From Candidatus Brocadiia bacterium (lineage in GTDB: Bacteria > Planctomycetota > Brocadiia > CAIUPP01), in the NCBI GenBank assembly GCA_050015075.1, contig JBEKCB010000005.1, positions 96,001 through 160,000 of the forward strand: a stretch of DNA of 64,000 nt. The letters run 5' to 3'. This document shows, one piece after another, positions 1 through 9,876 of the stretch (position 1 is the stretch's first letter; each line of letters opens with the position of its first letter). Position numbers and translations under genes: made by a program. The notes beneath the pieces were generated by a model, which had not been told where the DNA came from, searched no databases, and saw only the letters and a list, made by a program, of their open reading frames with translations.

Positions 1-2
1 GC

Positions 3-680
3 CCGATGTACGGGGTGCCGTCATCTGGCCCTCCGAGCCCTTCTGGCCCTCCCAGCCCTTCCGGCCCTCCTAGCCCTTCTGGCCCTCCAGCAACGCCAGG
101 GCCGGCAGGAGGGCGTCAGAACATGCCCCCCAATTATATGAATAGAGGCTCAGGGATGTATTCAGGCCCTCAGGGCCAAGGATATTCGAGAGGCATGCGA
201 GGCGGCCGGGGTGGAGCCGAGGGCACACCCACGCAGAGCAATCCGGAGGGCGCACCCACGCCGGGCGCAGGCATGCCGGGCCAGCCCCGTACCGAGGCCG
301 TGGTCGCGCAGGTGCGCCGCGCGGACCTCGGCAATATGACGCTCGACAGGCTCCAGGCGCTTACCCACGCCGTGGAAGCCCTGACGCTTGTAGCGGAGGT
401 TCATCAGATGGGCCTGGTGCTCGAAGACATCGTGGCGAACAGCTCGCCGGAGGCGCCGCTGTTCGATTTCAAGACCACGCCGCCGTGGGACCTGGACAAG
501 TGCGTAGCTAAGGCCGTGATCTACATGAATAGCCATCGCGCAGACTTCGGCGCGGCGCCCGAGGGGCCGAAGCCGCCCGCGCCTCCGGCGCCCGCGGTTC
601 CTCCGGAGGCTCCGCCCGCGACCGGGACGGCTCCCGCAACGACGGCAGCTACGCCGGCAGCCACAACGCCGGCGCCGTAG
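3..680 (+). CDS. Pro/Gly-rich hypothetical protein, probably 5'-truncated by the window edge
   Basis: Frame open to the window start; (SGPPSP)n repeats, a short helical globular segment and a Pro/Ala/Thr tail; TAG at 678-680. Confidence 0.6.
   Translation, partial: PMYGVPSSGPPSPSGPPSPSGPPSPSGPPATPGPAGGRQNMPPNYMNRGSGMYSGPQGQGYSRGMRGGRGGAEGTPTQSNPEGAPTPGAGMPGQPRTEAVVAQVRRADLGNMTLDRLQALTHAVEALTLVAEVHQMGLVLEDIVANSSPEAPLFDFKTTPPWDLDKCVAKAVIYMNSHRADFGAAPEGPKPPAPPAPAVPPEAPPATGTAPATTAATPAATTPAP
24..88 (+). repeat. 18-bp coding tandem repeat (about 3.6 copies, SGPPSP)
   Basis: tc(t/c)ggccctccNagccct units at 24, 42, 60 and a partial unit at 78. Confidence 0.9.
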
Positions 681-728
681 TTCGAGGCGCATTCAGCGCG
701 GCCCGGGCGAATTCCCCGCGAAGCCCCC

Positions 729-1721
729 CTAGCGGTTCAACTGCGCGTCGAACGCGACGGCGCTGGGCGCGAAGTCCAGGTTCCGGACGAACCGGCATGC
801 CTCGCGCGCCCCTTGCTCGCGGTCCATCGCCGAATCCTCCCACTCGACCGACAGCGGCCCGTTGTAGCCGATCTGGTTGAGCGCGCGGAGGATCGCCTCG
901 AAATCCACCTTGCCGCGGCCGAGGCTGCGGAAATTCCAACCGCGCCGCGCGTCGCCGAAATCCAGGTGGCTGCCCAGGATGCCGCTCTCGCCGTCCAGCG
1001 TCACGATCGCGTCTTTCATGTGCACGTGGCAGATGCGGTCGCGGAATCGCAGCAGGAACTTCACGGGGTCCACGCCCTGCCAGTGCAGGTGCGAGGGATC
1101 GAAGTTGAAACCGAAACTCCGGTCGCCGCCGATCGCCGCCAGCGCGCGCTCCGCGGTGACCAGGTCGAACGCGATCTCCGTCGGATGCACCTCCAGCGCG
1201 AACCGCACCTTGTTCCGCTTGAACTGCGCCAGAATCGGCCGCCACATCTCGGCGAAGTAGGCGAACCCCTTGTTGATGTCCGCCTGGCTGACCGGTGGGA
1301 ACGCGTAAAGCATGTGCCAAATGGAACTTCCGGTAAAGCCGATGACGACCGGCACGCCCAGGTTCCGCGCCGCGGCGGCGGACTTTTTCATCGCCTCCAC
1401 CGCCCACTTGCGCTTGGCTTCCGGCTTGCCGTGGCAGGCTTTCGGCGCGAACGCGTCGCTGCGGCCGTCCGAGTTCAGGTCGCAGACCAGTTGCCCGGCC
1501 AGGTGGTTCGATATTGCCCAGCAGCCGAGACCGTACCGCGCCAGCAGCGCGCGCCGCTCGTCGCAGTACCTCTTCGACGAGGCCGCTTTGTCAATGTCGA
1601 AATGGTCGCCCCAGCAGGCCAGCTCCAGCCCGTCATATCCCATGTCCTTGGCCATCTCGCACATCCGCTCGATCGGCAGGTCCGCCCATTGCCCCGTGAA
1701 CAGCGTCACCTTGCGCGCCAT
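729..1721 (-). CDS. Sugar phosphate isomerase/epimerase (xylose-isomerase-like TIM barrel)
   Basis: MARKVTLFTGQWADLP start; GYDGLELACWGDH, FALEVHPTEIAFD, NFDPSHL, HVHMKD and LSVEWED motifs; start reassigned from 2045. Confidence 0.9.
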   Translation of the reverse strand: MARKVTLFTGQWADLPIERMCEMAKDMGYDGLELACWGDHFDIDKAASSKRYCDERRALLARYGLGCWAISNHLAGQLVCDLNSDGRSDAFAPKACHGKPEAKRKWAVEAMKKSAAAARNLGVPVVIGFTGSSIWHMLYAFPPVSQADINKGFAYFAEMWRPILAQFKRNKVRFALEVHPTEIAFDLVTAERALAAIGGDRSFGFNFDPSHLHWQGVDPVKFLLRFRDRICHVHMKDAIVTLDGESGILGSHLDFGDARRGWNFRSLGRGKVDFEAILRALNQIGYNGPLSVEWEDSAMDREQGAREACRFVRNLDFAPSAVAFDAQLNR

Positions 1722-1791
1722 GGCAGTGCTCCTTCCAGAAAATTGGTCGCCTATTATTACCCTTTTTTCTGGGGTTTGACAAGGTGATTTC

Positions 1792-1820
1792 TTGCAGCCA
1801 GCAGGAACGGTTGCTAAAAT
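1792..1820 (+). promoter_or_regulatory. Putative sigma70-type promoter of the hicB remnant
   Basis: TTGCAG-17 nt-TAAAAT with extended -10 TG; GGAGA ribosome-binding site before ATG 1842. Confidence 0.5.
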
Positions 1821-1841
1821 GGAAAAAGATCGGAGAAGACC

Positions 1842-2021
1842 ATGGAACTGACAGCAATATTTCGGAAAGTGCCAGGCGGGTATGTCGGGTTCGTCGAGGA
1901 GTTGCCCGGTGCTAGCACGCAGGGACGAACGCTCGCTGAGGCGCGGCGGAACCTGTCCGAGGCGGTGGAACTCGTACTGGATGCAAACCGCGTGCTGGCG
2001 GAGACCTCGGCCTCTACGTGA
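1842..2021 (+). CDS. hicB: HicB-family antitoxin (59 aa, probably C-terminally truncated; absent from the ORF track)
   Basis: Manual translation MELTAIFRKVPGGYVGFVEELPGASTQGRTLAEARRNLSEAVELVLDANRVLAETSAST; typical HicB ELPGxxTQGxTLxEAxxNLxEA signature. Confidence 0.85.
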   Translation: MELTAIFRKVPGGYVGFVEELPGASTQGRTLAEARRNLSEAVELVLDANRVLAETSAST

Positions 2022-2122
2022 ATCGTCGCGCCCGGAAGTCCTCAACTGTGCCGCGCCATCGCGAGGTCTTCGAGTTCGCCGCCCGCAAGATATGCAAAGA
2101 CTTGGAGATCCCTTCTCCGTAG
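2012..2122 (+). pseudogene. hicA: C-terminal half of a HicA-family toxin; N-terminus deleted
   Basis: Manual translation LYVNRRARKSSTVPRHREVFEFAARKICKDLEIPSP*; VPRHxE...ARKICKDL is the HicA C-terminal pattern; the N-terminal helix and the GxH motif are missing. Confidence 0.8.
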
Positions 2123-2140
2123 ATCCGCTTCAAACTGTAT

Positions 2141-3331
2141 TCACCCTTTCGGCAGCTTCACCCACTTCGACCCGAGCTGGTTGGATCGGACCACCGCTTC
2201 GAGGAACTGCATGCCGCGCACGCCGTCGTCCACCGTCGGGAAATCCAGCGCCAGCGGGTCGGGCTTGACGCCGTCGAGGGCGGCGCGGATCGTCGCGCCG
2301 ATGTTGACGTAGAGGTTCGCGAACGCCGAGATGTATCCCTCCGGATGACCGAACGGCACCCGCATGGCGCGCGCCGCGGCCGGGCTCTTTACGCCGATGT
2401 AGCCGTTGCCGCGCCGCCAGACCTGCACGGGCTGCTCGATCCCGCGGACGTACAGCTCGTTCGGGTTCTCCTGGAACCATTCGAGGCTCCGCTTCTGCCC
2501 GTAAACCCAGATCGCCAGGTCGTTCTCCTCGCCGATCGAGACCTGGCTGGAGATGAGGACTCCCTTTACGCCGCGGTCGAAGCGGACGAGGCAGTTGCCG
2601 TCGTCGGGGATCCTGCGGCCCGGGATGAAGGTCGTCAGGTCGGCGCAGATTTCGCGGATGTGCAGGCCGGTGACGTACTCCGCCAGGTTGGCCGCGTGCG
2701 TGCCCAGGTCGCCCATGCAGCCGGCGGCGCCGGAGCGCTTCGGGTCGGTGCGCCACTGCGCCTGCTTCGAGCCGCGCCGCTCGAGCGGCTGAACCAGCCA
2801 GGCTTGCGGGTACTGCACGATGATCTTGAGCAGGCGCCCGAGGTCGCCCTGCCGGATCATGTCGCGCGCGAGCTTGACCATCGGGTAGCCCGGGTAGTTG
2901 TGCGTGAGCGCGAAGACCTTTTTCGATTTGCGCACGATCGCGCGCAGCGCCAGCGCCTCGCGGACGTCCATCGTCATCGGCTTGTCGCAGACGACGTTGA
3001 ACCCGGCCTGCAGGAAATCGCGCGACACGGGAAAGTGCAGGTGGTTCGGCGTGACGATCGAGACGAAATCTATCCGTTCGTCCTGCGGCAGCGCCAGTTC
3101 GCCGCGGATCATCTCGGCGACGCTGCCGTAAACCCGCCGCGGGTCCAGGCGCTGCTCGCGGCCGGTCTGCCGCGATTTTTCCGGATCGCTGCTGAACGCG
3201 CCCGCCACCAGCCGGATGCCGCCGTCCATCCGCGCGGCCTTGCGATGGATCTCGCCGATGAACGAGCCCGGCCCGCCGCCGACCATGCCCATCCGCAGAT
3301 CGCGACCAAATGCGGAGTTTTCTCCAGCCAT
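2141..3331 (-). CDS. Gfo/Idh/MocA family oxidoreductase
   Basis: GMVGGGPGSFIG, VTPNHLH, CDKPM and GDLGTHA motifs. Confidence 0.92.
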   Translation of the reverse strand: MAGENSAFGRDLRMGMVGGGPGSFIGEIHRKAARMDGGIRLVAGAFSSDPEKSRQTGREQRLDPRRVYGSVAEMIRGELALPQDERIDFVSIVTPNHLHFPVSRDFLQAGFNVVCDKPMTMDVREALALRAIVRKSKKVFALTHNYPGYPMVKLARDMIRQGDLGRLLKIIVQYPQAWLVQPLERRGSKQAQWRTDPKRSGAAGCMGDLGTHAANLAEYVTGLHIREICADLTTFIPGRRIPDDGNCLVRFDRGVKGVLISSQVSIGEENDLAIWVYGQKRSLEWFQENPNELYVRGIEQPVQVWRRGNGYIGVKSPAAARAMRVPFGHPEGYISAFANLYVNIGATIRAALDGVKPDPLALDFPTVDDGVRGMQFLEAVVRSNQLGSKWVKLPKG

Positions 3332-3367
3332 GCCTGACCCTCCTATTGATCAAAGAAAACAACGGCC

Positions 3368-3487
3368 GTTTTTGCCACGGATTTCACGGATTTCCACGGA
3401 TTAACGAAAGACGAAGACGAATACTCTTTCACCCTTGCCGGCCGTAGCCGGTAATCCGTGGCCATCCGTGCAATCCGTGGCAAAAAC
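3368..3487. repeat. Nonamer-based inverted-repeat (MITE/REP-like) element, copy A
   Basis: 36-bp arms gtttttgccacggatttcacggatttccacggatta / taatccgtggccatccgtgcaatccgtggcaaaaac with a 48-nt spacer. Confidence 0.9.
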
Positions 3488-3498
3488 TTGCCCTTCTA

Positions 3499-4533
3499 TT
3501 ACCGAACCGCGAAGCACGCAACCCAGTGGCCGCCGCCGACGTCGTGCAGGTGCGGCTCGTGCTCCTTGCACTGCGCGGTGCAGCGCTTGCAGCCGCGGTC
3601 GTAGAAACGACAGTAGTCCGGCGGATTCAGCGCGCTGGGCACGCCGCCCTCGAGGATGATCCGCTTGCGCTGCGTCTTCGGGTCCGGCACCGGCACCGCC
3701 GAGAGCAGGGCCAGCGTGTACGGGTGCACCGGGTTCTTGAAAAGCTCCGCGCTGGAGGCCGTCTCGACGATCTTGCCCATGTACATCACCGCGACGCGGT
3801 CGCTGATGTACTTGACCACGGCCAGGTCGTGCGCGATGAAGAGGTAGCTGAGCCCGAATTCCTCCCGGAGGTCCTGCAGCAGGTTGATGACCTGCGCCTG
3901 GATGGAGACGTCGAGCGCACTGACCGCCTCGTCGCAGACGATGAAGTCGGGGTTGAGCGCGATCGCGCGCGCGATGCCGATGCGCTGGCGCTGGCCGCCG
4001 GAGAACTCGTGCGGGTAGCGGTCCATGTGGCCCGCCTCGAGGCCGACGCGCTCGAGGAGACCGCGCACGCGGTCGCGCTGCTCCTGGCCGCGCGCGATGC
4101 GGTGGATCGTCAGCGCCTCGCCGACGATCGCGCCGGCGGTCATCCGCGGGTTCAGCGACGAGTACGGGTCCTGGAAAATGATCTGCATGTGCCGCCGCTC
4201 GAGCCGCAGTTCTTCCGCCGAGAGCCCCAGGATGTCCCGTCCGCGGAACACGATCCGGCCGCCGGTCGGCTCGATCAGGCGGAGGATCGAGCGCCCCGTG
4301 GTAGTCTTGCCGCAGCCGCTCTCGCCGACCAGGCCGAGCGTCTCCTTGCGCCCGAGCGTGAACGAGATGCCGTCCACCGCCTTCACCTGCGCGACCACCT
4401 TGCGCAGCAGGCCCTTGCGGACAGGGAAATATTTCTTCAGGTCGGAGACCGTCAGCAGCGGTTCGTCCCGCGATGCCGCCGGTCCGTTGCCTGCGTTGCC
4501 TGCGTTGCCTGCGTTTCCTATTTCACTCTGCAT
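3499..4533 (-). CDS. Oligopeptide/dipeptide ABC transporter ATP-binding subunit (OppF/DppF-like)
   Basis: GESGCGKTT Walker [25 protein letters not shown], Cys-rich C-terminal oligo_HPY domain. Confidence 0.95.
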   Translation of the reverse strand: MQSEIGNAGNAGNAGNGPAASRDEPLLTVSDLKKYFPVRKGLLRKVVAQVKAVDGISFTLGRKETLGLVGESGCGKTTTGRSILRLIEPTGGRIVFRGRDILGLSAEELRLERRHMQIIFQDPYSSLNPRMTAGAIVGEALTIHRIARGQEQRDRVRGLLERVGLEAGHMDRYPHEFSGGQRQRIGIARAIALNPDFIVCDEAVSALDVSIQAQVINLLQDLREEFGLSYLFIAHDLAVVKYISDRVAVMYMGKIVETASSAELFKNPVHPYTLALLSAVPVPDPKTQRKRIILEGGVPSALNPPDYCRFYDRGCKRCTAQCKEHEPHLHDVGGGHWVACFAVR

Positions 4534-4554
4534 TCTGCACTCTTCATCCGAACT

Positions 4555-5526
4555 TCACTTGAGCACCCAGCACGCCGACCAATGATTCGGCCGCTTCTCC
4601 TCAAGCGGCGGCTGTTCCTGGCTGCAGCGATCAATCGCCAGCGGGCAGCGCGGGTGAAAACGGCAGCCCGTGGGCCAGTGCGTCGGGCTCGGGACCTGGC
4701 CCTGGATCGCATCGAGCCGCGCCGCGCGCTCGGAGTCGAGCCGCGGGATGGACTTGAAGAGCGCGATCGTGTACGGATGGCGCGGATTTTCGAAGAGGTC
4801 CTCCATCGGCGAATATTCCGCCGCCCGGCCCGCGTACATGACCAGGACGCGCTTCGCCATCCCGGCGACGATGCCGAGGTTGTGCGTGATGAGCAGGATC
4901 GCCATGCCTAGATCGCGCTGCAGGCTCGCCAGCAGGTCCAGGATTTCGGCCTGGATCGTCACGTCGAGCGCGGTCGTCGGTTCGTCGGCGATCAGCAGCG
5001 CCGGGCGGCAGACGAGCGCCATCGCGATCATGACGCGCTGCTTCATCCCGCCGGAAAGCTGGTGCGGATACTCGTCCACGCGCTGGTCCGGGTTGGGGAT
5101 GCCGACGCGGCGCAGCATGTCCACGGCCAGTCCGCGCGCCTCCTCGGCGCCCTTCTTCTGATGAAGGCGGACTGCCTCGATGATCTGGTTGCCGACGGTG
5201 AAAACGGGGTTGAGCGAAGTCATCGGCTCCTGGAAAATCATGGAGATCTGCCCGCCCCGCACGCCGCACATCTCGCGCGTCGAGAGACCCAGGAGGTTCC
5301 GCCCGCGCAGCAGAATCTCGCCCGACTCGATCTGTCCGGGCCGGTCCACCAGCCGCAGGATCGAGAGCGCGGTCACGGATTTCCCGCAGCCCGATTCGCC
5401 CACCAGGCCGAGGGTCTCGCCCTCGGCGATCTCGAACGATAATCCATCCACCGCCCGCGCGACGCCGTCGAGCGTGCGGAAATTCGTGTGCAGATCCTTC
5501 ACTTGCAGCAGCATCGGCTCGTTCAT
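4555..5526 (-). CDS. Oligopeptide/dipeptide ABC transporter ATP-binding subunit (OppD/DppD-like)
   Basis: [41 protein letters not shown]. Confidence 0.95.
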   Translation of the reverse strand: MNEPMLLQVKDLHTNFRTLDGVARAVDGLSFEIAEGETLGLVGESGCGKSVTALSILRLVDRPGQIESGEILLRGRNLLGLSTREMCGVRGGQISMIFQEPMTSLNPVFTVGNQIIEAVRLHQKKGAEEARGLAVDMLRRVGIPNPDQRVDEYPHQLSGGMKQRVMIAMALVCRPALLIADEPTTALDVTIQAEILDLLASLQRDLGMAILLITHNLGIVAGMAKRVLVMYAGRAAEYSPMEDLFENPRHPYTIALFKSIPRLDSERAARLDAIQGQVPSPTHWPTGCRFHPRCPLAIDRCSQEQPPLEEKRPNHWSACWVLK

Positions 5527-5531
5527 GGTCG

Positions 5532-6776
5532 TTATATTTTCAGCCTCGGGTCCAGCGCGTCGCGCAGGCCTTCGCCGACCAGGTTATACACGGTCACGGT
5601 GACGAAAATCATCACGCCGGGCCAGACGGTCAGCCACCAGTAGCCGGTCGGCCACGCCTGGGCCTGGTTGAGGAGTTCGCCCCAGGAGGCCGTCGGCGGG
5701 CGGACGCCGAAACCGAGGAACGAAAGACCGCTTTCGGTCAGGATGGCGCCGGCGACTCCGAAGCTGACCGCGACGAAGACCGGCGCGATGCTGTTCGGCA
5801 GCAGGTGGCGCAGCATCACGCGCCACGAGCCGGCGCCCAGGGCATGCGCGGCGACGACGTAGTCCTTGGCGTTCTCCGAGAGCATCTGCCCGCGCACCAG
5901 GCGCGCGACGTCGGTCCAGCCGGTCAGCCCGATGACGAGCATGACGTTGAAGATCGAGCGCTTCTCCACGAAGGCCATGATCGTGAGGATCAGGAGGAAC
6001 GTCGGGAAGCAGATGACGATCTCGACGACGCGCTGGAGGAGCAGGTCCACCCAGCCGAAATAGTAAGCCGACACCGCGCCGACAAAGAGACCGATGAGCA
6101 CCGCCACACCCACGGAAAGGAAACCGACCGAGAGCGACACGCGCGAGCCGTGAATGACGCGCACGAGCACGTCGCTGCCGGAACGGTCGGTGCCCATCGG
6201 ATGGGCGGCGCTGGGCGCGGAATACGGCTCGTTCGGCAACTGCTCGAACGGCCCGTACGGCACCGGCGGCAGAACCAGCCAGTCGGTCGAGCCCGGCCCG
6301 GCCTGCGCCGCCAGACCTCGGTAATCAGTTTTGTCCAGCCGGCTCCGCACGAGAAAGAAGGGGACCAGGCAGGCGACGGCGAGCACCGCGGCGCTCCAGC
6401 CCAGCGCCGCCGCGCGCCACGCCTTGCGGCGGACGGCCAGCCACAGCGGAACGAGGACGACCAGCGACGCGGCCGTCAGGACCAGCGCGTAGTTGAAGAC
6501 GCGCTCCAGGAACTGCTCGGGGACTTCCTCGCTCGGCGCGAAGACTTCGCGGAGCATCGGCGAGCTGAGCCGGCCGTGCCAGCGCATCAGGATCGGCTTG
6601 TTGTTGGCGATCAGCGGGGCGGCGATGGCCACCGCGAACAGGGCCGCGATCAACATCAGCCCTCCGACCGCGATCCAGTTGCGGCGGAACTGGCGCCAGA
6701 CCATCGCGCGATACGTGCGCGGCTTGTCCGGCAGCGCGGCGTCATTCGTAAGTGATTCGCGGGTCAACGACGGCAT
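5532..6776 (-). CDS. Peptide ABC transporter permease (OppC/DppC-like)
   Basis: [35 protein letters not shown]; start uncertain. Confidence 0.93.
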   Translation of the reverse strand: MPSLTRESLTNDAALPDKPRTYRAMVWRQFRRNWIAVGGLMLIAALFAVAIAAPLIANNKPILMRWHGRLSSPMLREVFAPSEEVPEQFLERVFNYALVLTAASLVVLVPLWLAVRRKAWRAAALGWSAAVLAVACLVPFFLVRSRLDKTDYRGLAAQAGPGSTDWLVLPPVPYGPFEQLPNEPYSAPSAAHPMGTDRSGSDVLVRVIHGSRVSLSVGFLSVGVAVLIGLFVGAVSAYYFGWVDLLLQRVVEIVICFPTFLLILTIMAFVEKRSIFNVMLVIGLTGWTDVARLVRGQMLSENAKDYVVAAHALGAGSWRVMLRHLLPNSIAPVFVAVSFGVAGAILTESGLSFLGFGVRPPTASWGELLNQAQAWPTGYWWLTVWPGVMIFVTVTVYNLVGEGLRDALDPRLKI

Positions 6777-7758
6777 ACAAAAGATCCGAAATCAGGATTC
6801 CCAACAGGGTCAAAAGCGCGCCGATCGTGAACAGCGCCATCATCAACGGATAGTCGCGGCTGGTGAGCGCCAGGATCGAGAGGCTTCCCATGCCGTTGAT
6901 CGAGAAGATGTACTCGACGATGATGGACCCGCCGATCAGGCCGGGCAGCAGCCCGGCGAACAGCGTGACGAGCGGGAGCAGGCTGTTGCGGAACACGTGT
7001 TTGAGGATCACCTGCCACTCCGGCAGGCCCTTCGCGCGGGCGGTGCGGATATAGTCCTGGCTGACGATCTCCAGGATGCCCACGCGCGCGTAGCGCGAGA
7101 GCCCGGCCAGGCTGGCATAGCTCAGGCACACGACCGGCAGCACGTAGTGCCGCGCGGTCTCGGCCAGGATGCGCCAGTAGCTCACGCCCCAGGTGAGGTA
7201 GCTGTCCGGCGACAGGCCGGCGACGGGGAAGATGTTCAGGAACCGGTCGCCGCAGAAGAACACCAGCATCAGCAGCCCGACCCAGAACGTCGGGAGCGAA
7301 TAGAGCAGGAACAGGGCCACGGTCATGCCGCGCTCGCTGGGCGTATTGCGCCGCACGGCGGAATAGATGCCCATCGGAATCGCGCAGGCGTAAACCAGGA
7401 TGATGGAGAGCGTCTCCAGTTTCAGCGTGGCCGGCAGGCGCTCGGCGATGATGCCGAGCACCGGCGCGCCCCGATCCACGACGAGGGAGTCGCCCCAGTC
7501 GAATCGCGTCACGATGCCCCAAATCCAGTAGCCGTAGCCGACGATCGGGTTTCGGTCGAGGTGGTACTTCTCGCGCAGGATCTTTTCGCCCAGGCTTTCT
7601 CTTTTGGAAGCGCGCTGGACGCCGGCCTCCTCGCCGCCGAGCTGCTGCGCGCGGATCGGGTCGCCCGGCGCCACCCGCATCATCGTGTACGAGACGACGG
7701 TGATCACCAGGAGGGTGATGGCCATGAAGAGAAGCCGTTTGAGGATGTAGTTGCGCAC
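6742..7758 (-). CDS. Peptide ABC transporter permease (OppB/DppB-like)
   Basis: [31 protein letters not shown]. Confidence 0.95.
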   Translation of the reverse strand: MRNYILKRLLFMAITLLVITVVSYTMMRVAPGDPIRAQQLGGEEAGVQRASKRESLGEKILREKYHLDRNPIVGYGYWIWGIVTRFDWGDSLVVDRGAPVLGIIAERLPATLKLETLSIILVYACAIPMGIYSAVRRNTPSERGMTVALFLLYSLPTFWVGLLMLVFFCGDRFLNIFPVAGLSPDSYLTWGVSYWRILAETARHYVLPVVCLSYASLAGLSRYARVGILEIVSQDYIRTARAKGLPEWQVILKHVFRNSLLPLVTLFAGLLPGLIGGSIIVEYIFSINGMGSLSILALTSRDYPLMMALFTIGALLTLLGILISDLLYAVVDPRITYE

Positions 7759-7759
7759 G

Positions 7760-9610
7760 TCACTCCTTGTACTTCTGCATATTCAGCGGCACCCAGAAAG
7801 TGTCCGGGTACATGTCGTTCATGGGCTGCCACACCTTGGCGTTGTGGAAGCGCTTGTCCTGCGCTATGAGCGCATCGGGCGAAATCAGGAACGTGTACGG
7901 CTGCTCCTCGTGCAGCAGGCGGTGGAGGCGATGGTACAGCTCCGTCCGCTTCGCCACGTCGAACTCGCGGCGGGCTTCCTCGATGATGCGGTCCGCCTCG
8001 GGGTTCTTGAACCCGACGAAATTGGAGCCTCTCGGCAGGTCGGCCTGCGAGGAATGCCAGATCTGATACGGGTCGTCCGCCCAGTCGAGCTGCCAGCCGA
8101 GCTGGCAGACGTCGAAGTTGCGCTCGTCCAGGCGTTGCGTGTAGACGGACCACTCGACCGGGTTGATGGTCACGATAAGGCCGGCCTTGGCGAAGTCGTT
8201 GCGCACGATGGCGGCGATTTGCTCGCCGATCTTGCTGCTGGAGACGGTCATGTAGGTGAACTCGAACTTCTGCCCGTCCTTGCGGAGCACGCCGTCGCCG
8301 ACGGTGTCCTTCCAGCCGGCCTCGGCCAGCAGCGCTTTGGCTTTGTCCACGTCGAAGGGCCACGGCTTGATGCTCTGGTCGTAGGAAGAGCTGTCAATGT
8401 AGAACGGCCCCGAGACGATCTTCCCCAGGTCGTGGTAGACCTCCTTGAGGATGCGGTCGCGGTTGACCAGGTGCGTCAACGCCAGGCGCACGTTCTTATC
8501 CTTGAAGAGGTCGCGCCGCAGGTTATAGCCGATGAAGTTGAACGCGCGGGCCGGGTACTGGAACTTGTCGAACTTGTCGTTGAAAGCCTTGTCTTTAATC
8601 TGGTCCACCCATTGTTCCGGCTGCAGGTTCATGCGGTCAATCTCGCCGTTGCGGAGCGCCTGGAGACTGGCGGTGGGCTCGCGGATGATCTTATACATCT
8701 GCCGCAGCAGGTAAGGCTTCGGCGCGTAGTAGGCCTCGTTGCGGCGGAAGGTGAATTCTTTCCCCTTCTCCCACGACTCGAAGATCCACGGCCCGCAGCC
8801 CACGATCATCCGGTTGCGTTCGGCGTTGTCCGTGAAGTCATCGGGGTTGGCCGGGTCGAACTGATAGAAGTGCCGCGGCAGCGGGTTGAGCCCGAGCGTA
8901 AGCTCCTCCGATTTCCAGTAGCGGCGCTTCCAGATCACCTGGAACGTGTACCGGTCTATGACGCGGAGGTCCTGAAGGTCCTCGAAGTAATTGCGCATAA
9001 AATCGCACGGGATTTTCGGGTTCATGATGAGGTCCACGTAAAACTTGAAATCGTCGGCGGTGACCTCCTGGTTCTCGTACCTCTTGTGGGTCGTCGGGTC
9101 GGTGAAATCGTGCCACAGCACGCCTTTTCGCAGGTGGATGGTATAGGTCAGTTTGTCGTCGGAAATCTCCCACTTTTCCGCCAATTTCGGCTCGAAAACG
9201 TCTGGATTGATATAGCAGCGTTCGGCCAAAGTGTCGGTGCACATGCCCCAGAACGAGCCTACGGTCGCCTCATTGTTGATGATCGGGTTCAGGTTGCCGC
9301 TTTCCGCCATCATGGAGGTGACGAGCGCGTCGCCCTCGACCGCGTTCGGGTCGCGCAGTTCCATGTTGGCGAACTTCGGCAAGGATTTCTCCGCGCCGGT
9401 TCCGGCGGAAGCCCCGGGCTTGAACCCGCCGCCGGCGAGGTCTTCGCGCAGGCGCGAGAGCTCCGAATTCATGGCCTCGACTTCCGTGACCAGGTTCTCC
9501 GCGCGCTTGCGAAAGACGTCCACCGCCCCGATCACCAGGTAGAACCCCAGGAACAGGATGAGCGCGATGACCACCAGCATCACGTTGGTGAAAACGGATT
9601 TTCCACCCAT
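7760..9610 (-). CDS. Peptide ABC transporter substrate-binding protein (family 5), N-terminal membrane anchor
   Basis: PKLAEKWEISDDKLTYTIHLRKGVLWHD, GCGPW, VRLALTHLVNR, AKALLAEAGW. Confidence 0.92.
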   Translation of the reverse strand: MGGKSVFTNVMLVVIALILFLGFYLVIGAVDVFRKRAENLVTEVEAMNSELSRLREDLAGGGFKPGASAGTGAEKSLPKFANMELRDPNAVEGDALVTSMMAESGNLNPIINNEATVGSFWGMCTDTLAERCYINPDVFEPKLAEKWEISDDKLTYTIHLRKGVLWHDFTDPTTHKRYENQEVTADDFKFYVDLIMNPKIPCDFMRNYFEDLQDLRVIDRYTFQVIWKRRYWKSEELTLGLNPLPRHFYQFDPANPDDFTDNAERNRMIVGCGPWIFESWEKGKEFTFRRNEAYYAPKPYLLRQMYKIIREPTASLQALRNGEIDRMNLQPEQWVDQIKDKAFNDKFDKFQYPARAFNFIGYNLRRDLFKDKNVRLALTHLVNRDRILKEVYHDLGKIVSGPFYIDSSSYDQSIKPWPFDVDKAKALLAEAGWKDTVGDGVLRKDGQKFEFTYMTVSSSKIGEQIAAIVRNDFAKAGLIVTINPVEWSVYTQRLDERNFDVCQLGWQLDWADDPYQIWHSSQADLPRGSNFVGFKNPEADRIIEEARREFDVAKRTELYHRLHRLLHEEQPYTFLISPDALIAQDKRFHNAKVWQPMNDMYPDTFWVPLNMQKYKE

Positions 9611-9741
9611 GATTCGCTCCCCAGATCGTGGAACGACGAGGCGAAATCGGCGCGGCCGGCATTGACGCCTGAGCGTACGCTATCACCCAACGGCTGTCAA
9701 GCACCGCCGCGCGCAAGACGCCGAGAACAACAAAGGAACGG

Positions 9742-9853
9742 TTGCCACGGATTTCACGGATTCCCACGGATTAACGGAAGACAAAGATGACAGCCGTTCC
9801 AGCCTCGCCGTTCGTAGCCAGTAATCCGTGGCCATCCGTGAAATCCGTGGCAA
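9742..9853. repeat. Nonamer-based inverted-repeat element, copy B (same orientation as copy A)
   Basis: Arms ttgccacggatttcacggattcccacggatta / taatccgtggccatccgtgaaatccgtggcaa; the spacer is also homologous to that of copy A. Confidence 0.9.
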
Positions 9854-9876
9854 AAATCGTTGTCGTTGTACTTTCG

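Noticed and set aside
3368-9853. Repeat elements as a possible CRISPR array
   Set aside because: The repeats are inverted and dispersed, not direct repeats separated by unique 30-40-nt spacers, and no cas genes are present.
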